From positions 248,001 through 312,000 of the forward strand of contig JANJGN010000301.1 in NCBI GenBank assembly GCA_026770705.1: 64,000 nt of DNA, read 5' to 3'. The DNA comes from Isurus oxyrinchus. Taxonomy: Eukaryota. The translations under genes were made by a program, and so were the position numbers. Under the pieces are notes generated by a model, which ran no database searches, had not been told where the DNA came from, and worked only from the letters and a program-made list of their open reading frames with translations. Of the stretch, positions 52,707 to 64,000 are shown piece after piece. Within the stretch, counting starts at the first letter, position 1, and every line of letters starts with the position of its first letter.

Positions 52707-53378
52707 ATGGAAGGAAAAAGCACCGTTCACGTTGGAGAGAAACCATAAACTTGTTCTGTCCTGTCGAGACACAAGCACAGTCAAACTGTGGAGAAACTGT
52801 GGAAATGTGGTGATTGTGGGAAGGGATTCAATTATCCAGTTAGGCTGGAAATTCATCAGCGCATTCACACCGGAGAGAGGCCGTTTACCTGCCCCAAGTG
52901 TGGGAAGGGATTCACTACCTCATCCCATCTGCTGGCACATCAGCTCATTCACACTGGGGAGAGACCATTCATCTGCTCTGAGTGTGGGAAGGGATTCACT
53001 CAGTCATCCAACTTGCTGAGACACCAGCGAGTTCACACTGATGAAAGACCTTTTCAATGCCAAGACTGTGGGAAGTGCTATAAAAGTTCTGGGGAACTGA
53101 TGTCCCATCAGCGAGTTCACACTGACGAGAGACCGTTCAGATACTGTCACTGTGGGATTGGGTTCAAGCAATCATCTGACCTCACTGTACACCAGCGCAC
53201 TCACACTGGGGAGAAACCATTCTCATGCTCCGTGTGTGGGAAGAGATTCAGTCAGACATGCACCCTTCTGCGACACCAGCAAGTTCACACTGGGGAGAGG
53301 CCATTCACCTGTTCCATGTGTGGGAAAAGATTTGGTCGGTCATCCACACTGCTGAGACACCAGCAAGTTTACAAGTGA
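52707..53378 (+). pseudogene. C2H2 zinc-finger gene, 7 fingers, with an early in-frame stop
   Basis: ATG 52707 MEGKSTVHVGEKP, TAA at 52746, then the same frame continues through seven TGE(R/K)PF-linked fingers (fifth lacks its first Cys) to TGA 53378. Confidence 0.85.
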
Positions 53379-53649
53379 CTATAGTGATTGGATTTTTCTG
53401 TTCATCACATCCAGGACTGAATAGGGGAACAGCAAGATCAGGAGAGACAGAATCTGACTGGAGAAGCTGTTTCTCACAGATTGTGTCTCTCCCACATTCA
53501 GAGGCAGCTTTTCTTTCAATGGTCACCCCATTGAATATTCAGGGGTATTTTGGGGGCTTTTGTGGGGAGAGTTTTCCTGCCGCCTCTGAGTATTTTGCAG
53601 TTCCTCTGATTAACATCGACAATTAGAAAGTGCTGATTAATCCTTGCTG

Positions 53650-54700
53650 ACAATTCTTACTGACTTCCACATTCTTCACAGTGACACCTCCCTCATGAAA
53701 TTAAATTATCAAGGAGCATGAAACAAAACAGTAAAATATTTTACAGGCACATCAATAAAAGCTTCATCGATCAACATTGATATTGATGAATCTTGGAAGT
53801 CGCTGATTCAATCATTTGTGACACAGCAGCAGCAACATTTGGTAAAGGTGGAACCCACAACAAAGACTGGTTTCAGACCCACTCAGCAGAGATGAATCTG
53901 TCATTGAAGCAAAAAGCACAGCCCACCTGATGCACAACATAAACCCAACAGCTAGACCACTGCATCACTAGAAAGTCTCCAAGATAGTTGTGCAAAAGAC
54001 AGGGAGGAGCTGTGTAAATTAACACTGGATCAGCCTACAGCAAGAAATCCAAACTGCCTGTCACACCGGGAACTATGTGCCATGTATGATGGGATCAAGA
54101 GGGCGCTTGGTCCAACCATCACCAAAGTTGCCCCTCCCATGAAATGGACAGATGGTAAAGTGCTGACTGACAGAAGTGAGCAGGTTGTCACTGGGTTTAA
54201 CACTGGGAGCTGTGCTCCCTGTGAGACGGACATCTCCCAGACTCTGTTTGACTCTCCCCAGCAGCTTCCTGTCAGGGCTGAGTTGGACCAGGAAACCTAA
54301 TCACTTGCGTTGAAAAAGGCTATTGATTGTTCAGCAAGCAGAAAGGCACCCGGCAAGGATGGAATTCCAGCTGAACTGCTCAAGCACGGAAAGTCCCATC
54401 TACTGCTACATCTTCATCATCTCCTCCTCTGTTGGATGGTCGGATCCGTTCCACAAGACATGTGTGACACAAAAATCATCACAATAAACAAAAATAAAGC
54501 TGACAGAGGAGATTGCAACAACTACAGAGGCATCTCACTCCCTAACGTCACTGGGAAGACCTTCACTAGGGTCATGCTTAAAAGGCTTCATCTGCTTGCA
54601 GACTGAGAGTATCCAGAAGCGGAGTGCAGTTCCTGTGCTGGCAGATCTGCAGAGGTCATGATCTTCTCCAAACACTAGCTCCAAGAGAAGTGTACAATTG
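53650..54700 (+). mobile_element. RTE-like LINE fragment
   Basis: KAPGKDGIPAELLK..KADRGDCNNYRGISL. Confidence 0.8.
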
Positions 54701-55259
54701 GTATTTAATCTAAAATGCTGCCAGTTCCTGTGCTGAGAAATGTGAAACCTTAAAATTACTGATTGAAAGTAAACCTTTAAGTATGAATTACATTTGACTT
54801 GTACAATTGGAAAAGACACCAAAAAGTTTGATTCCCTGAAGATAAGCTTCACCCTTGAAGCTCTGTTTCGGAGCTCACAAGTTGTGGGAAGCCCCATCCT
54901 CTTTAACACTTTTTGGGTCTAAGATGGTTGAAGCTCGATTTACCTGTGAAAGCTCACTTCTTTAGTTTTAGTTTTCTTAAGCTTTATTACAGTCATTTGG
55001 GAAGGCACCTGAAGAAACAACAAAAAAAAACACTAACATTTGGGCAAAGCTGAGAAAAATACCAGAGGAATGAGGAAAACAAAGTTGACAATGGTGGTCG
55101 GTTCGTCTTTAATCTGAAAAATAAAGTTGTCTAAAGTTAACACAATTGTGCATATTTGTGAATGTTTGCTCTGCCCTTCTGCAAACAAACAGTGACGTTA
55201 ACCTTTTCCACTGACTGCATGGTGACGATTTGAACAAAAGGTTTTCCTTTTAAATGATT

Positions 55260-55620
55260 TGGGGAGACGGTGGCATAGCGGTAATGTTGCTGGATTAGTA
55301 ATCCAAGAACCAAGGTTAATGTTGTGGGGACATGGGTTTAAATCCCACCATGGCAGCTGATAGAATTTGATTTCAGTTAATAAATCTGCAATATAAAACC
55401 AGTCTCAGTGATAATGACCATTGATTGTTGCAAAAACCCACCTGGTTCATTAATGCCCTTTAGGGAAGGAAATCTGCCATCCTTATGTGGCCTACATGTG
55501 ACTCTAGACCCACAGTGATGTGATTACTCTTAACTGCCCTCTGAAATGACCTAGCAAGGGCAATTAGGGATGAGCAACAAATGCTGCAGTTGCCAGCGAT
55601 ATCCACATGCCATGAAAAAA
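55260..55620 (+). mobile_element. tRNA-derived SINE
   Basis: GGTGGCATAGCGGTAA A-box, GGTTTAAATCCC B-box, shared core and A tail. Confidence 0.75.
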
Positions 55621-56217
55621 AATTGGCTTTGTTATTTGTTATCTTCAAGACAAAGTTCTTGAGAACGGGAGATATGGGAGTTATCTCCAAATTGATCGCA
55701 AACACTTCTGTCTCTGATCTACAGACACCACATTCTGAGAAGATTGAATTGAACAATAAGTTCCCCCAGGGCTCATGAGTGAGATGGAATGGCAATTATT
55801 GGAATTCTCCGCTTAGGAAAAAAGAGCAAAATCACACCACCAACTGGTAATTGCAATGACTCGTGCTGGGTATAGTTAATGGAATTTGTCAATCCATCAG
55901 GGTGAGATGTAATCCAGATGTTCAGGCTAATGCTTGGAGACACGGGTTCAAATCCCACCATGACTGCTAGTGGAATTTAAAGTCATTTAATTGAATCTTG
56001 GGTTCAGTACTGACTCTGCTGGCCTACGTGTGACTCCACAGCAATGTGGTTAACTCTTAACTGTGTTCCGACATGGTCTGAGTGCAATTAGGAATGGCCA
56101 TATTCCATGAAAGAATATTTTTTTAAAAATTGTCATAGTGAAAGTGTCCATGAAACTAATAAACTGTCTTGGGACTTACTTGTATTTTTTAATAGAAAAT
56201 TGAATTTATAACCTGGC

Positions 56218-56267
56218 CACTTTCAGAGGGAGTAAACTTAAACACTTTCAGAGGGAGTAAACTTAAA
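56218..56267. repeat. Perfect 25-bp tandem duplication
   Basis: CACTTTCAGAGGGAGTAAACTTAAA x2. Confidence 0.9.
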
Positions 56268-58500
56268 GTGAATAAACCCTGTCAAACAGGCCACGGTCAA
56301 AGTCCACAGCAAACTGACAGGAGAGATGGGGCACCATTGTTCAATAATACATGAAGGCACGGAAACTGCATCAAAAGCCAAAAATTAAATAAAAGTGATC
56401 AAATAGATTTTTGAAGGTCGATTTTAGTAAAAATGCGAGTTAAAATTCATTAATATAACTCCGCAAGTGATTCTCACCTCTTTTAGTTGAGTGTTGTGTT
56501 TTGTTATGATGTTTCAGGAAGGTCCCTATGACTCTCATCGTGGAGGCTTTCTCTGATTGGTTCTCTTTCTCTGATTGTTTCTCTTTCTGTCTCTGAGTTT
56601 CTCAGTGTCTCTTTTCTACCTATCTCTACCTCTCTGGTCAGTCAATCAAGCTTGATATAAGATTCTTTAGCGCTGTAAAACACATGGAAATTAGTGCAAG
56701 TAACTCAGGGAGTGAATAGAGAGTTTGAAAAATTCGACAAACACAGGGTTGCACTTTCAGGCAAATTAATGAACATCTTTCATAATGGTGATCAGGCTGA
56801 TGACTGACTTAGGCGCCTTGATCACTGGTCCTCCCTGAACAGGAAGCCAGTTTCCGTCAGGGTCTCCTCAATAAATTCCCAATTCTTGTTTCCAACAAGT
56901 TACGGGTGTCCCGCTGAGCGGACAGAATCTGTGTGTATAGCGGAGACAGGATTCTGTTAATCTCAAGAGGTGGTGTCCCCTCATCAACCCAATCCAGGAA
57001 AAAGGATTGAAATAAAGAGAAGGAAGTTTAAATAAATAAACTTCACCGGCCCCCCTGTAAAGAAGGGGCCATCTAAATTTTACACCTGAAATCAAATCTC
57101 ACTCGGAAAGAGAAATCGCCTTTTAGAGACTCAGGGTGTCAGTAAGCACGTTCCACCCTAAGGAAACATCTTTCCAGTGCAGTCGCTGCTGTGATGTGAG
57201 AAACATGATTTACACAGAGGGTAATGGGAATGTTTAACTCTCTGCCAGAAAGGGTTGTCACTCTGATCCTTGTTGCGGAGTGATGGGATTTGAATGTCCA
57301 GGTATTTCCCAGATACTTTGAAGTTGTGACTAATAGTAACCAAAATATTAGCTCAAGAAAAGATGGACTGATCTCTTCCTGTCTCTCTCTCTCTCTCTCT
57401 CTCTGTCTATCTCTCTCTCTCATTGTGATAACCTTATACTTCAGACTACACAGTGACATTGGACCATGAAATACAATGTGTTACAGGGACCTTTCTCTAA
57501 GTCTCTTTTGTAAGTCATCTATCAATTCTTGCCCTATATATACTCTTATTTGCAGTACGTGTCGTGGCGCCAAAATATTTCCTGTAATCCCCAGCTGTCA
57601 CCTGTCACAGCAATGAACTGTTGGCTTCTTAAATTTTTTCCAAAGAACGCCATCCAGTGGAATCTCGTCTGCAAAACAACGACTCTCAATTTATTCTCGA
57701 ATATTGCTGCGTGACATTGCTGCATTATCATGGTTTTTATGGCTTTGGTTATATTATTACTGTAACTTTTCTCTTTTCATTGTTATGCTTCTGCTACATT
57801 TACTGATTAGCTTTCCTTCCCAGATTATTTGCCTGTTTTCTGATGTGCATAAATAGATTAATTTCTTGTTCATAAATTCATAAATCCGCCTTAGATGATG
57901 CTGTGATTGTTTATTTCGGAAGGATGGAAAGCATGCGATCACCCTTATCATCAAAGAAGGCTGTCAACCAAATTTCAGGATGCCAAGTAGGGACCAACAT
58001 GGGAAACGGTAGCTGTAGTCGGCCTGTTGGGCCTTCAGGTCTGGTCCTCCATTCAATAAGGTCATGTTTGATCTGACTGTAACTTCCCACCTACCCCGGG
58101 TTACATTTCACTCCCTTGTTTATCAAAAGTCGATCTACCTCTACCTGAAAACATTCGGAGACTTCGCTTCACCTGCCCTTTGAGGAAGGGACTTCCAAAG
58201 ACTCATTAATTTCTGAGAGAAAAAAAATCTTCTCATCTCTGCCTTAAATGGGAGACACTTTCTTTTCAAACAGTGACCCCTGGATCTAGATTCTCCCACA
58301 CGAAGGAAGATCCTTTCCATGTGTGATTTATTTTTTGTGCAGAGGATTAATCAGTATGTTATGTTATTGTAAATCATAAAAATACTTTTATTCCATTAAA
58401 TGACTCGGATGATGAATTGCATTTTTTGCATAATTGACTTGTATCACTCTCGCTTCTAAAGCCAATGTCCTAATTTTCTCACCAGTCACATTGGTGAGTG

Positions 58501-58820
58501 AGGTCTAGTACAATCTCGTCACCTCCTTGCCTCCCCGTGCTTTACCACACTGCACTACACAGCAGCATCTGAGAACTGAACAGAGTGAACGGTGAGAGTT
58601 CCAGGGTCTTTCTCACGGTCCACAGATACTTTAAATCTTCCCTGAGCTCTTTCATCACTGAATATGGTGACGAATGCTCGGGAGCTCGATTGGAGAATTG
58701 CCGGTACAAGAATATAAGTTCATTTGCAGCGAAAGTAGAGTTATGCTGAAGCAAAATGATTGACCTTGCGTTCCTGATAAACCAACATCTGATTTTTTTT
58801 CAGCTAGCGACAAAGAGTAG
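58501..58820 (-). pseudogene. TCR alpha/delta-type V pseudogene with decayed 23-RSS
   Basis: Across frameshifts: GTQGQS..LLQHNST..IFLYRQFSNRAPE..GRFKVSVDREKDPGTLTVHSVQFSDAAV*CSVVK; then CACGGGG-23-ACTAGACCT; acceptor TTTTGACAG. Confidence 0.8.
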
Positions 58821-59119
58821 CTGTCAAAACAAGAATCCAATTAACATAATGATATATACAAGGAAAATTAAACAACGTTGCTTGTGGAAATAGGTAGAAA
58901 AAACCGATCAATCCACCCATTCACCATTCCGCCCTGGGTCCACCTGAGTTAACGGTTCTGTAAGAACAACCCTAATTATCAACTATAGGAGCTGCACTTC
59001 TGAGAGCTTTCATTACATCTGTTGACAAATCGATATTCCGGTTCAGTTTGGAGCTATTTATCGTATAAATGGCGGTATGGAGATAAACGCACCGCTTTGG
59101 TGGTATTTTGCTAGGTTGG

Positions 59120-59450
59120 TGATGTTGAGAACCCAGGTTAATTCTTTGGGAAACCGAGTTCGAATCTCCACCACGGCAGATGGCGGAATTTGAATTCAAT
59201 TGAAAGTCTAATGATGACCATGTCCAACCACGCCACCATGAAACCATTTTCGGTTGTTGCAAAAACTCATCTGGTTCACTAATGTCGTTTAGGGAAGGGA
59301 ATCTGCCGCCTTTGCCTGGCCTACATGTGATTCTAGACCCAGCAATGTGGTTGACTCTTAAATACCCTCTGAACAAAGGGCAGTTAAGGAATGGGAGCCA
59401 ATGCTGTCCTAGCCAGTAATGCCCACATCCCACATCCCACGGTTTAAAAA
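59120..59450 (+). mobile_element. tRNA-derived SINE
   Basis: GTTCGAATC B-box, shared core and tail. Confidence 0.7.
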
Positions 59451-59591
59451 AAAAATCCCAATACTGCTTTTCGGTGGATTTGAGCAAGGATAAGTGCGAT
59501 AAATAAACCTGTCTCTTGTGCTTCTGTGCAACCCGGGATCAAACCGTTCCAGCTGGCCAAGGCACAAACGAAAGCTCTAAATGCTCGTTGA

Positions 59592-59630
59592 GGTTTTTGT
59601 ACGGGGTTCTAGCTGTGATCTAACGCTGTG
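59592..59630 (-). other. 23-RSS of TCR V #1
   Basis: CACAGCG-23-ACAAAAACC on the minus strand. Confidence 0.95.
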
Positions 59631-59923
59631 CTTAACTGCACAGTAATACACCGCCTCGTCCTCCACACTCAATTCGCTTATGTTGAGGTAACCGTTCTTT
59701 TGAGACTTGTCAGCAACCGCCAGATATCCTCCTGAAACTACCTCTTTCTTCAGTGCTATGATATTGGTAATAATCCATCTTGGTGGCTGTGCCGTCTGCT
59801 GCCGATACCATTGCATGTACTCCATATTCCGATCTGTATATTCGCAGCCTAACTGCACTGAACCACCTTCTAACACCGTCATTGAAACCGGGGCCTGAGT
59901 TATTGGATCTGCGCATAGTCCGC
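59631..59923 (-). CDS. T-cell receptor alpha/delta-type V exon #1, intact
   Basis: DPITQAPVSMTVLEGGSVQLGCEY..MQWYRQ..GYLNISELSVEDEAVYYCAVK; phase-1 acceptor; perfect nonamer. Assignment to alpha/delta is inferred from motifs and the 23-RSS. Confidence 0.88.
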
Positions 59924-60124
59924 CTGTGTGTGGAGAAATGAAATATCAATCGGTTAAACAGTGTTGATCTAAATTTGTTTGTAGCTCCGTGAGTTTGTGG
60001 AACCTCCTATCTACCCAGCTGTCCATCATATGGATATTTATGATCGTTAATTGTATTACTTACTAGCGCAATCTTTGTACAATAATCTTCTATTCTGCCT
60101 TGATTAACTAATTCCAGTACTTAC

Positions 60125-60158
60125 TGTCCAACAGCACCGCCAGTATTATCAGAAACAT
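60125..60158 (-). CDS. Leader exon of TCR V #1 (MFLIILAVLLD)
   Basis: ATG at 60158, donor A|GTAAG, splices in frame to the V exon. Confidence 0.88.
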
Positions 60159-60247
60159 GTCTGAATGAATCCCTCCCGATGAATGTGAATGGAATGAGCC
60201 AGAGATTGAGAACGAGAGACGGAACCCGGGGGCTGTTCAGCTCATTC

Positions 60248-60338
60248 TGACCTCACTCAGGAAACCATCCCTATTGGCTTTGGCGTTTCCACCACCTGAC
60301 TTAGTGACGCTCTGCTTGAGCTTGTCGCCCTCCGCTGG
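60248..60338 (-). promoter_or_regulatory. TCR V #1 promoter: CRE-like decamer, CCAAT and CTCF-like motif
   Basis: Minus strand AGTGAGGTCA (60248-60257), CCAAT (60273-60277) and CCAGCGGAGGGCGA (60325-60338). Confidence 0.55.
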
Positions 60339-61274
60339 TGAATTCAGTTCAAACCGTGTTCGGATGGGGCTGTTGAGAGGATTCGGGGCTCATTAAAATG
60401 CGTTTCAAGACATGAATGTTCCCCAGTAATCTTAATTGCAGCTGTTTGGACACAGCCTTTGTTGCGGCTGATGTTTATGTTGCGGCGTGATGTTATATTT
60501 GTAAAAATCATTGCTGGGTTTGGAGAAAGTGCGGACGCTGCACATTAGATTGATACCACAGATGGGGAACATTTTTGCGAACTGAATAGGGGAACATGTC
60601 CTCGTAACAAAGAAGGCAGAAGAGAGACTCGATTGATGTGCCAAAAATTGTCCTTTATTGAGAGTAGGTCGCAATTTCCTCCAGCACAAGAATATACAAT
60701 AACCCATTCATTTCTATTTTCATGAAAACAATAGAGATGAAAAGATCTGTTTTATTTATTACATTGTATGTGTTGCCATCTGGAATACAGTGACTGAAAT
60801 GATGGGGGAAGAAGGTTCAGTCGCAAATTTCAGTACGGAATTATTATAAGTTGAAAAGTGAAAACAACGTGGAAATTGTGAGGTATGAAAAGCGATTGGG
60901 ATGGGTCTTTCAAATAGACACAGATACAGTAGGCGGAGTCCTCATTCAGTCCCCTAACTTTCTATGATTCTGCTCCCTTCCTGCGCCTCACGCACTCTTT
61001 GCTCTCAATCATTTGATGTGTGAACAGGTGCAGGATGCTCACAGGTTTCTGGAGCTTCAACCGTCGCGATTTCCGCTCCAACAGTTCCGGCTGCAGCTTA
61101 TCACCGCCGCGCACTTTTATCAGTTTTCAATCTGCTGCATCCCCCGCCACAGCTTCCGTTTGTTCCTCTCCTCTGACCCGATTTTGCTGTTGGAGGTGTT
61201 GCTTCCGTTGGTCTGTTCTTGCCATTGGATGTATCAGCAGTACAGTGAACCAGGGACCTGATCTGAAACAGAAA

Positions 61275-61530
61275 TGAGGGGAATTTGTTTTTTCACTCAG
61301 AGGTTTGTGAGTCTTTGGAATTCTCTTCCTGAAAAGGCGGTGGAAGCAGAATAACTGAATATTTTTAAGGCAAAGGTGGATATATTTTTCGAAAGAAAGG
61401 GGGTGATAGGTTATCGGGGGTAAGTGGGATGCAGATTTCAGCTTATAATCAGATCAACCATGATCTTTTTAAATTGAGGAGCAGGCTCGAGGAGCTGAAT
61501 GGCCTACTCCTGCTCTTGTTCGTGTGCTTG
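61275..61530 (+). mobile_element. CR1 3' fragment
   Basis: Same tail as 24350-24610 and 51860-52130. Confidence 0.75.
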
Positions 61531-61927
61531 TATGACCTGACAGATACGTTCCCGCACGGAAGATCGACAGACTCAAGAATTATCACTGTTAAAAGTTCGG
61601 TCCGTCGTCACACAGCAGATTCACATGTACACATATTCGGTAAAATATCCGAATCAGCTCAACTGATTATAAGCCTACAATTATAATCAATACTGAAGGT
61701 TTTCTCACAACAAAGGCCGCGTTCAGCGAGTGACTGTTTCTCCTATTGGATACTTAATGCGGCGACTGTTACAATCTTTGATCAAAGCCACAATATGAAG
61801 GGTTTTATAAAGCCCACGGAAGACCAGCCCACAGCTTCCATTTGCTGCACTGGCTCTGAACCGTCGTGCCTCCTCTGTGTTATTGGACAGGTCGCTGCAG
61901 CTGTTCAGGGGCTATAAACAGGAGCGA

Positions 61928-61966
61928 GGTTTTTGTACAGTGACTGCCGCGTTTCCCTTCAGTGTG
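61928..61966 (-). other. 23-RSS of TCR V #2
   Basis: CACACTG-23-ACAAAAACC on the minus strand. Confidence 0.93.
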
Positions 61967-62256
61967 AGGCTTTATCGCACAGTAATACACAGCGGTATCG
62001 GCGTTCTCCGTCTTCTCAATAACCAATTGGCCCCGTTTGTCCGCAGTGGAAAGTTCCAATTCGAATCGGTCTTTTCTCTCTTTGCCAGATGAGAAGCTGC
62101 TTATAATAAACTCCAGTCCCTGACCAGATTTCTGTTTGTACCAGTACATTCCGTAAGTATTGGACATGTCATAGCTGCAGTTTAACTGCAGTGAATCCCC
62201 GCTCTGTACGTTTCCCGCAGTGGGAAATTGGGACACTTGTTCCGAGCGACATCGAC
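61967..62256 (-). CDS. T-cell receptor alpha/delta-type V exon #2, intact
   Basis: EQVSQFPTAGNVQSGDSLQLNCSY..MYWYKQKSGQGLEFI..RFELEL..GQLVIEKTENADTAVYYCAIK; acceptor TTTTTACAG. Confidence 0.88.
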
Positions 62257-62347
62257 CTGTAAAAACATTCAGACTTTGAGTCATTGGAGAAACGTCTGCA
62301 TAAATAGACACTCTCTACAGGTTACAGAATAAATCCCCTATACTTAC

Positions 62348-62384
62348 AAGTTAGCAGCACTAGAATGACAGAGAGTAGATTCAT
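62348..62384 (-). CDS. Leader exon of TCR V #2 (MNLLSVILVLLT)
   Basis: ATG at 62384, donor T|GTAAG, in frame with the V exon. Confidence 0.88.
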
Positions 62385-62517
62385 TTGTGTCGCGTAGTGT
62401 ATCCTTACAATGAAAGTGTCAGTAAAAAAAGGAATCCCAGCTCACATCAGCAGAGGACGGAGCGTCTGAACGAAGTCAATACTCGGTTAATGTGACAGGC
62501 AGGGATAATGTTCCAGT

Positions 62518-62685
62518 CACGTGGTTTTTCTGCTCTTAGATTGGTTGGAAATAGACTTGTTCTCGTGACGTAAGGATGTCGTTTTTGACCCCCTGCTCCT
62601 TTCTCCATCGGTTCCCATCGGAACATGCCAAATGTCGAATCACCAGGAATTTCCTTTACTCCCTGTGGCGGGAAGTGAGCGGAAC
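62518..62685 (-). promoter_or_regulatory. TCR V #2 promoter motifs
   Basis: CACGTG at 62518, CCAAT (ATTGG) at 62540, CRE-like TGACGTAA at 62566 and ETS-like GGAA sites near 62670-62685. Confidence 0.45.
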
Positions 62686-64000
62686 ATAATAACTTTGAGA
62701 CACTGATTCTGCAAAGGGACAAACATAGGCTCCGGGTGTTGGTAAATATTTGAATTTCTACAACGTTTGTCTAAAGGAATGAAGGCAGCCCGTTATTAAA
62801 ATCCCATCTTATCAGTTCTGGTGCTGGAATTGCACATTCGAACTCCAATAGCTGCAAGTTTTCTGAATCTGGATCGGGAAAGAATTGAAGGAGAAACGCA
62901 CTGGCGCTTCTCAATAATTAATCATGCACCTGTGTACAGCTCCTGGGAGCATTGACGGTGCAGCTGGTTCAAAGCCCCCTAGGGCCAGGAAAAGGGTGTG
63001 GTCCAGATAACAGGAAGGGAGCGAAAGCTGGGTGTGAAAGTCTGCCCTAGCAGCTTTTACACAAATTAACACAGGATGTGATGCGGGGAAAGAAGCCAAA
63101 TGCAGGATGGGGTCGGTTTATCATTTTCAATTTCCGCTCACTTTCCCAAGGAACACTTCTCATAATTTATGACAACGGTTCTGGCCCTTCTGCACATAAA
63201 TCCTCTTGATCTGTTGCCCCTCGTGGTTTGCTCTCAGAAACTCCTGTGAGTGAACTTCACTCGATAAGTGGACGTGGTTGCATAAAGAATTCTCGAATCA
63301 TCTTCGATAAATTCCGGGGCCAGTAGAAGAAAGTCTTCGTCAGCAGGTGGCGACAGTGATCTATTGACATCAGAATGATAGAGAAACCAATTTTGTTGAA
63401 CACATAGCAGAAAGCAACATTACATTGTTACCAATATTGGTATCACATAGATTACTGCTCAGCCTAATTTTAGGAGAACATTTATCGCTAGAAATTATCT
63501 GAAGGAGAAGTAATTAATGTGTTTATTTGAATCCACACCTTCAGAAGGATGTCATCGTCTTGGGGTGGGTCGAGAATAGATTTATGAGAATTACACCAGA
63601 GATGAGGGACCTCGGTTATGTGAAGAGATTAGAGAAACTGGGATTGGCCTGCTTAGAGCAGAGATTGTGAAAGGGTGTAATTGATGTGTTTACATTTATG
63701 AAGGCTTTTGACAGAGTTGTTCATGAGATATTGATACTTCTGGAAGGAGGATCAGTAGCCACTGCACCCAGAATTCAGACAATTCGTAAAGAACAAAGGC
63801 AAAAATTAGATTTTTTTTTATGCAGCGAGTTGTTATGAGCTGAAGTATCTTTCCCAGTATGGAAAATGAAGCATAATTAGCTTCACTTTCAAAAGGAAAC
63901 TCCGGTATATAAATCAGTAATATTGACCACGGCCACTATCACCAATTGTTGTAAAAACCTATCTGGTTGACTACAATGCTTGAGGAAAAGTAATCTGCCG

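Noticed and set aside
61020-61262. Possible fourth V segment on - (YIQWQEQ after an acceptor-like site)
   Set aside because: No YYC motif, no RSS and no framework spacing.

Overview
Vertebrate genomic DNA, almost certainly from a cartilaginous fish (shark), judged from the cluster-type IgH organisation and shark-type repeats. The + strand carries one complete, unrearranged IgM heavy-chain minilocus: leader, VH, D1, D2, JH with 23/12-22/12-12/23 RSS (12870-14630), a ~10.5 kb intron, Cmu1-Cmu4 with secretory tail, and TM1/TM2 (25174-31354). Every IgM exon splices in frame. About 27 kb downstream on the - strand are two intact TCR alpha/delta-type V genes and one V pseudogene, all with 23-RSS pointing back toward the IgM cluster. 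Between the two lie six decayed tRNA genes of six different isotypes and several C2H2 zinc-finger pseudogenes. The JH-Cmu intron holds an assembly gap, an SCD5-like gene fragment and a 1.6 kb G-rich switch-like repeat. The rest is CR1, RTE, L2 and Penelope fragments, SINEs and satellites. Most entries in the ORF track are spurious. All calls were made by eye, and repeat boundaries are approximate.
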